Origin: Alphaproteobacteria bacterium
Lineage (GTDB): Bacteria; Pseudomonadota; Alphaproteobacteria; DATDPM01
Direction: 5' to 3'
DNA: 64,000 nucleotides
Assembly: GCA_041479345.1 (NCBI GenBank)
Contig: JBGOXX010000001.1
Coordinates: forward strand, 1,209-65,208
The first letter of the stretch is position 1. Each line of letters starts with the position of its first letter. The position numbers and the translations under genes were made by a program. The notes under the pieces are model-generated. The model was not told where the DNA came from and made no database searches. It was given only the letters and a program-made list of their open reading frames with translations. Below are positions 58,444-64,000 of the stretch, piece by piece.

Positions 58444-58921
58444 CCTCGTCGAGCTGGCGCGCTCGCTCGTGACAAGCTGCCGGGAAAGGCATCTCGGCCT
58501 CGTCACCGCCGAATCGTGCACCGGCGGATTGATCGCCGCCTGCCTCACCGAAATTCCCGGAGTCTCGCAAGTCTTTCGCGGCGGCTTCGTCACCTACGCC
58601 AATGAGGCCAAGACCACGGAGCTCGGTGTGCCGGTCGATCTGCTGCAAAAAGTCGGCGCGGTGAGCGAAGAAGTTGCCCGGGCCATGGCGGAAGGCGCCC
58701 TGAAGCGGCTCGATGCCGATCTTGCCGTTTCGGTCACGGGAATTGCCGGGCCGGATGGGGGAACGCCGGCCAAACCCGTCGGCCTCGTTCACATCGCGGC
58801 CGCGCGCAAGGGCAAGCCGACCTTGCACGAGAGTTATCAATTTCCCGGCGGCCGGCAGGCGGTGCGGCTTTCATCCGTCGAAGCCGCGCTAAAACTCGCG
58901 CTGTGCGCCGCCCATGCTTGA
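58418..58921 (+). CDS. CinA-family C-terminal domain protein (nicotinamide-nucleotide amidohydrolase PncC-like)
   Basis: LVTAESCTGGLIAACLTEIPGVS...GGFVTYANEAK. The start ATG at 58418 or 58406 overlaps the pgpA 3' end. Confidence 0.8.
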   Translation: MASDLFPHNLVELARSLVTSCRERHLGLVTAESCTGGLIAACLTEIPGVSQVFRGGFVTYANEAKTTELGVPVDLLQKVGAVSEEVARAMAEGALKRLDADLAVSVTGIAGPDGGTPAKPVGLVHIAAARKGKPTLHESYQFPGGRQAVRLSSVEAALKLALCAAHA

Positions 58922-59660
58922 CGGTCCCGTAATTCAGCCGGCGGGCAAACCCCTCGCGTTCCTCGACATCGTGCTGACTTGCGGCGTCGCCGCAACGATT
59001 GCGCTGCTTGGCTTTTTTTCGCTTTATGTCGCCGCCGCGCTAAATCCCCAAGGCCCGGAAAATTCCCCGAGCGTTCAGATCGCGGTCTTTCTTCTTCTCG
59101 AACCGGTGGCGATTTTCGGGGCGGTGTTCGGCGTCCTGATCTATCGCCGCGGCTTTTCCTGGGCGGATCTCGGCGTGCGGCCGATCCACCGCAAATGGGT
59201 GCTGCCCGCCATTCTCGCGGCGTTCGGCGGCCTTTTCGCCGCGGGAGCGATCTCCCAGATCACCGAACGGTACTTCAACACGCCGATGATGGACCAATAC
59301 ATGTCGGAGCTGGTTCCCGGCGGGATTACCTGGCAGCGCGCCGTGGCTTTGATTGTAACGATCGGAATCCTGGTGCCGATCGCGGAGGAACTGCTTTTTC
59401 GCGGCGTGCTTTACACCTGGCTGCGGCAACGTCTGTCGATCCTTCCCTGCGTTCTTATCAGCGCGGCGCTCTTCGCTTTGGCCCACGGCAACCGGCAAAT
59501 GGTGGTTCAGATCTTTATCGTTGGAATCGTTTTGGCGCTGATTTACGAAAAGAGCCGCTCGATTCTTGTCTCCGGCCTCGTGCACATGACGGTCAACACG
59601 TTCTCGCTCGCCGTCATTTTTTACTATGCCGGTGCCGCCCCCGGCGTCGCCGCGCCGTAG
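58914..59660 (+). CDS. CPBP family intramembrane glutamic endopeptidase (CAAX protease/Abi)
   Basis: EELLFRG motif 1 and FxxxH motifs (FALAHGN, LVHMTVN), with multiple TM segments. Confidence 0.75.
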   Translation: MLDGPVIQPAGKPLAFLDIVLTCGVAATIALLGFFSLYVAAALNPQGPENSPSVQIAVFLLLEPVAIFGAVFGVLIYRRGFSWADLGVRPIHRKWVLPAILAAFGGLFAAGAISQITERYFNTPMMDQYMSELVPGGITWQRAVALIVTIGILVPIAEELLFRGVLYTWLRQRLSILPCVLISAALFALAHGNRQMVVQIFIVGIVLALIYEKSRSILVSGLVHMTVNTFSLAVIFYYAGAAPGVAAP

Positions 59661-60097
59661 ACCTGGCGGGCGCGGGATTCGAAGGCGGCGACCATCCGCC
59701 GCACCGCCTCGTTGAAGAACGCCCCCATGATCCGCTGCAGAAAAGCCGAACGGAATTCGAAGTCGATATAAAAATCGATCTTGCAGGCGCCGGCGCCGGC
59801 CGGTTCAAAGGCCCAGTGATTGTCGAGCCTGCGGAAGGGACCGTTCAAATAAGTGACGTCGATGCGGCCCGAGCCGCGTTCGCCGGGCGGCGTCAGCGTT
59901 ACCTTTGACGTGAATTTCTCGCGAACCATTTTGTAGCCGACGACGAGATCGGCATAGATGGCGTTTTCCTCGCGCTTGGTTATCCGCGCGGCGATGCACC
60001 AGGGCAAAAACTCCGGATAGCGTTCGATATCGGCGACGAGATCGAAGAGCTGACGCGGTGCATAGGGAAGAACGCGTTGTTCGGCGTGAGTCGGCAA
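59624..60097 (-). CDS. SRPBCC family protein (RatA/COQ10-like START-domain protein)
   Basis: A polyketide_cyc2-like fold typical of the gene downstream of lipA in alphaproteobacteria. Its 3' end overlaps the convergent CPBP gene by 37 nt. Confidence 0.75.
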   Translation of the reverse strand: MPTHAEQRVLPYAPRQLFDLVADIERYPEFLPWCIAARITKREENAIYADLVVGYKMVREKFTSKVTLTPPGERGSGRIDVTYLNGPFRRLDNHWAFEPAGAGACKIDFYIDFEFRSAFLQRIMGAFFNEAVRRMVAAFESRARQVYGAATPGAAPA

Positions 60098-60100
60098 GGG

Positions 60101-61066
60101 TTACCTGGCGATCGTTGCCGGCATGTCGCGGCGCAGCGCCCGCAATTTAGCGAAATCTTCGCCCGCATGATAGGACGAGCGGGTGAGCGGCGACGCGGCA
60201 ACGAGCAGAAACCCCTTGCCCGTCCCCAGCGCTTTGTATTCGGCGAATTCCTCCGGCGGCACGTAACGCGCGACCGCGATGTGCGCGGGCGTCGGACGCA
60301 AATATTGGCCGATGGTCAGAAAATCCACTTCGGCGGCGCGAAGATCGTCCATCGTTTGCGCAACCTCATCCGCCGTTTCCCCCAAGCCAACCATGATCCC
60401 CGACTTGGTGAACATTTGCGGCGCCAATTCCTTGACCCGGGCGAGAAGCGCCAGCGAGTGCGCATACTTGGCACCCGGCCGCACCTCGCGATACAGCCGC
60501 TTCACGGTTTCGAGATTGTGGTTGAACACATCGGGCGCAGCGGCCGCCACCATTTCCGCGGCACCTTCCTTGTGCAGAAAATCGGGGGTGAGAATTTCGA
60601 TCGTGGCTTCCGGCGCGCGGGCGCGGATTTCTTCGATGCAATGGACGAAGTGGCGCGCCCCGCCGTCGTCGAGATCGTCGCGATCGACCGAGGTGATGAC
60701 GATATGCTTAAGCCCAAGGGTTGCGACCGCTTGCGCCACCCGTTCGGGCTCGTGCGGATCGAGCTTGTCGGGCCGTCCCGTCGCCACATTGCAAAAGGAA
60801 CAAGCGCGGGTGCAAACCGAGCCTAAGACCATGACCGTCGCATGGCGCTTCGACCAGCACTCGCCGATATTGGGACAAGCGGCTTCTTCGCACACCGTGT
60901 TGAGGCGAAGCTCGTGCATCAGCGCGCGCGTTTCATCATAAGCGCTCTTGGTCGAGGCACCTGGGGTCGAGGTGCCGGGGGTCGAGGCGCTGGAGGCGGG
61001 CATCCGCGCCCTGATCCAGGACGGTTTGGCGAGTGGTTCGGAGAGCATCGTTGTCGCTTTGGCCAA
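60101..61066 (-). CDS. lipA: lipoyl synthase
   Basis: [13 protein letters not shown] and the radical-SAM CSFCNV cysteine clusters. Confidence 0.95.
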   Translation of the reverse strand: MAKATTMLSEPLAKPSWIRARMPASSASTPGTSTPGASTKSAYDETRALMHELRLNTVCEEAACPNIGECWSKRHATVMVLGSVCTRACSFCNVATGRPDKLDPHEPERVAQAVATLGLKHIVITSVDRDDLDDGGARHFVHCIEEIRARAPEATIEILTPDFLHKEGAAEMVAAAAPDVFNHNLETVKRLYREVRPGAKYAHSLALLARVKELAPQMFTKSGIMVGLGETADEVAQTMDDLRAAEVDFLTIGQYLRPTPAHIAVARYVPPEEFAEYKALGTGKGFLLVAASPLTRSSYHAGEDFAKLRALRRDMPATIAR

Positions 61067-61112
61067 GGAGTGCCTTCTGGTTTATCCCGGTCCCACTTAA
61101 CCGGAAGTAAAT

Positions 61113-61478
61113 CTAGCGGCGGTCCGCCGGCGCGGTATCGGGCGCCGCTGGGGCCTGCGCCCCTAGCGCCGGTTCCAGGATCATGACTTCGTCCGGCCGT
61201 GCCAAGTTGAGCATGGCGTGGGCGCGCTCGTCCAACAGATCGGGATCGAGCTTGTCGTTGCCCAACAGCGATACGCGATGCTCCAACGCTTCGCGCTCGC
61301 CGTGAACGCGGTCATAGGTCGCGTTGGCGTATTTGAGCTGCTGCGTCACCTGCCACCAGGCGATCAAGCCGCGATCGCCCTCCACCGCGTGGTAGCCGAA
61401 ATAGCCGGCCACGGCCACCATGAGCACCGGCCCGGCCACGTCGCGGGCGCGGCGGCGAATTTCTGCTAACAGCGCCAT
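61113..61478 (-). CDS. septum formation initiator family protein (FtsB/DivIC-like)
   Basis: 121 aa with an N-terminal TM (VLMVAVAGYFGY) and a coiled coil. It lies immediately downstream of eno, as in many alphaproteobacteria. Confidence 0.6.
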   Translation of the reverse strand: MALLAEIRRRARDVAGPVLMVAVAGYFGYHAVEGDRGLIAWWQVTQQLKYANATYDRVHGEREALEHRVSLLGNDKLDPDLLDERAHAMLNLARPDEVMILEPALGAQAPAAPDTAPADRR

Positions 61479-61530
61479 AATCCGATGGAATCACGGGCGA
61501 GTCAGGCGGTCAACGGGAAACAGCGGAGGG

Positions 61531-62826
<1,296 letters not shown>

Positions 62827-62895
62827 TCAAAAAGCCCGGCAACAGATAGCTGGGCAAGCAGCGTTTACGCAAGGAAAAGGGCTAACGAATGGGAC

Positions 62896-63750
62896 TTAGG
62901 CAACCGGCCGGGATTTGGCGATCCGGTCGAATTGCAGGAGCTCAGTGAGCAAATCTTCCATACGATCAAGCCGCATCATGGTCGGGCCGTCGGAAGGCGC
63001 ATGGTCCGGATCCTGATGGGTTTCGATGAAAAGCCCGGCAACGCCAACCGCAACCGCGGCCCTTGCCAACACGGATACGAATTCCCGCTCCCCGCCGCTC
63101 TTATTACCCATACCCCCTGGTTGTTGAACCGAGTGGGTCGCATCGAAGATCACGGGACAGCCGGTGCGCGCCAATATCGGCAGCGCCCGCATATCGGAAA
63201 CCAGCGTGTTATAGCCGAAGGAAACGCCGCGCTCGGTCAGCAGGACGTTTCGATTGCCCCCCTCCTCCATCTTGGCCACCACATTCGCCATGTCCCAGGG
63301 TGCCAGAAATTGACCCTTCTTGATGTTGACGACACGGCCGGTTTTCGCCGCCGCCAGCAGAAGATCGGTCTGGCGGCAAAGAAAGGCCGGGATTTGGAGA
63401 ATATCGACGGCCTCGGCGACAATCGCGCATTGTTCCGGCGTGTGGACATCGGTCAAAACCGGGCAGCCGGTTTTCTCGCGGATTTCGGCCAGTATCGGCA
63501 AAGCCTTTTCAAGTCCGATCCCGCGCGGGCTTTTGCTGCTGGTCCTATTCGCCTTATCGAACGACGTTTTGTAGACGAGCCCGATTTTGAGTTTGTCCGT
63601 AATCGCCTTGAGCGCGGACGCCATCTCAAGCGCGTGGGCACGGGATTCGAGCGCGCAAGGTCCGGCAATCAGCGCCATCGGCAGATCGTTGCCGAAAGTG
63701 ACTTTGCCGACGGCGATATGGCGGCTTGCTGGCATGCGTCCTTCCGGCAT
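62896..63750 (-). CDS. kdsA: 3-deoxy-8-phosphooctulonate synthase
   Basis: KdsA core (LIAGPCALES, the KTSFDKANRTS region); 284 aa. Confidence 0.9.
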   Translation of the reverse strand: MPEGRMPASRHIAVGKVTFGNDLPMALIAGPCALESRAHALEMASALKAITDKLKIGLVYKTSFDKANRTSSKSPRGIGLEKALPILAEIREKTGCPVLTDVHTPEQCAIVAEAVDILQIPAFLCRQTDLLLAAAKTGRVVNIKKGQFLAPWDMANVVAKMEEGGNRNVLLTERGVSFGYNTLVSDMRALPILARTGCPVIFDATHSVQQPGGMGNKSGGEREFVSVLARAAVAVGVAGLFIETHQDPDHAPSDGPTMMRLDRMEDLLTELLQFDRIAKSRPVA

Positions 63751-64000
63751 CAGACGAGACGCGACTGATCGAGCGCCGCTTTGATGAAGGAAACGAAAAG
63801 CGGATGCGGGTCGAAGGGCTTGGATTTCAGCTCGGGATGGAATTGCACGCCGATGAACCAGGGATGGTCCGGAATCTCGACCATTTCGGGAAGCGTGCCA
63901 TCCGGCGATTTGGCGGAAAAGATCATGCCGTGTTTGGCGAGCCGATCCTCGTAAGCGAGGTTCACTTCATAGCGGTGGCGGTGGCGCTCGCTGATGCGGT
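63750..64000 (-). CDS. pyrG: CTP synthase, C-terminal (glutamine amidotransferase) end only; the gene continues beyond the right edge
   Basis: ...[31 protein letters not shown] is the PyrG C-terminus. Its stop shares 1 nt with the kdsA start (TGATG at 63748-63752). Confidence 0.85.
   Translation of the reverse strand, partial: RISERHRHRYEVNLAYEDRLAKHGMIFSAKSPDGTLPEMVEIPDHPWFIGVQFHPELKSKPFDPHPLFVSFIKAALDQSRLV

Overview
The window is a GC-rich (about 65% by eye) alphaproteobacterial chromosomal segment. The gene content and order suggest Rhodospirillales, but that is an inference. Most of it is conserved housekeeping synteny: recG-sdhE-mfd; dacC-tmk-holB-metG-tatD; hflX-hfq ... trkA-ntrX-ntrY-ntrC-ntrB-dusB(nifR3); ispDF-pgpA-cinA; lipA; eno-kdsA-pyrG. 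Three regions look accessory or regulatory. (1) The left end (1-10150) carries a bacterial SET-domain methyltransferase, a candidate PilZ ORF, an asparaginase-family gene and a malonyl-CoA decarboxylase. Next to these sits a translationally coupled type III polyketide synthase plus ICMT-family methyltransferase operon, a DUF502 membrane protein, and a tripartite HlyD/ABC-ATPase/FtsX-permease exporter. (2) 16107-31724 is a dense signalling island. It holds a PopA/PleD-like response regulator with a degenerate GGDEF A-site, five histidine kinases (three share a paralogous HisKA-HATPase core), a PAS-GAF kinase followed by a single-domain receiver, two hybrid kinases, CBS proteins and cspA. A tRNA-Ser(TGA) is flanked by small odd genes. 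A CBS-sensor kinase is start/stop-coupled to a secreted S8 subtilase, directly upstream of a cell-wall remodelling block (mltB-rlpA-dacC). (3) 40133-44451 is a variable insert between conserved blocks. It contains an unusually AT-rich promoter-like stretch, an SDR gene whose Rossmann motif has no canonical start (probable +1 indel), mazG, and an overlapping beta-hydroxyacid dehydrogenase / CoA-acylating aldehyde dehydrogenase pair. No CRISPR array, integrase, transposase or recognisable phage gene was seen. Many long ORFs antisense to real genes appear in the six-frame track; they are typical of high-GC DNA and were rejected.
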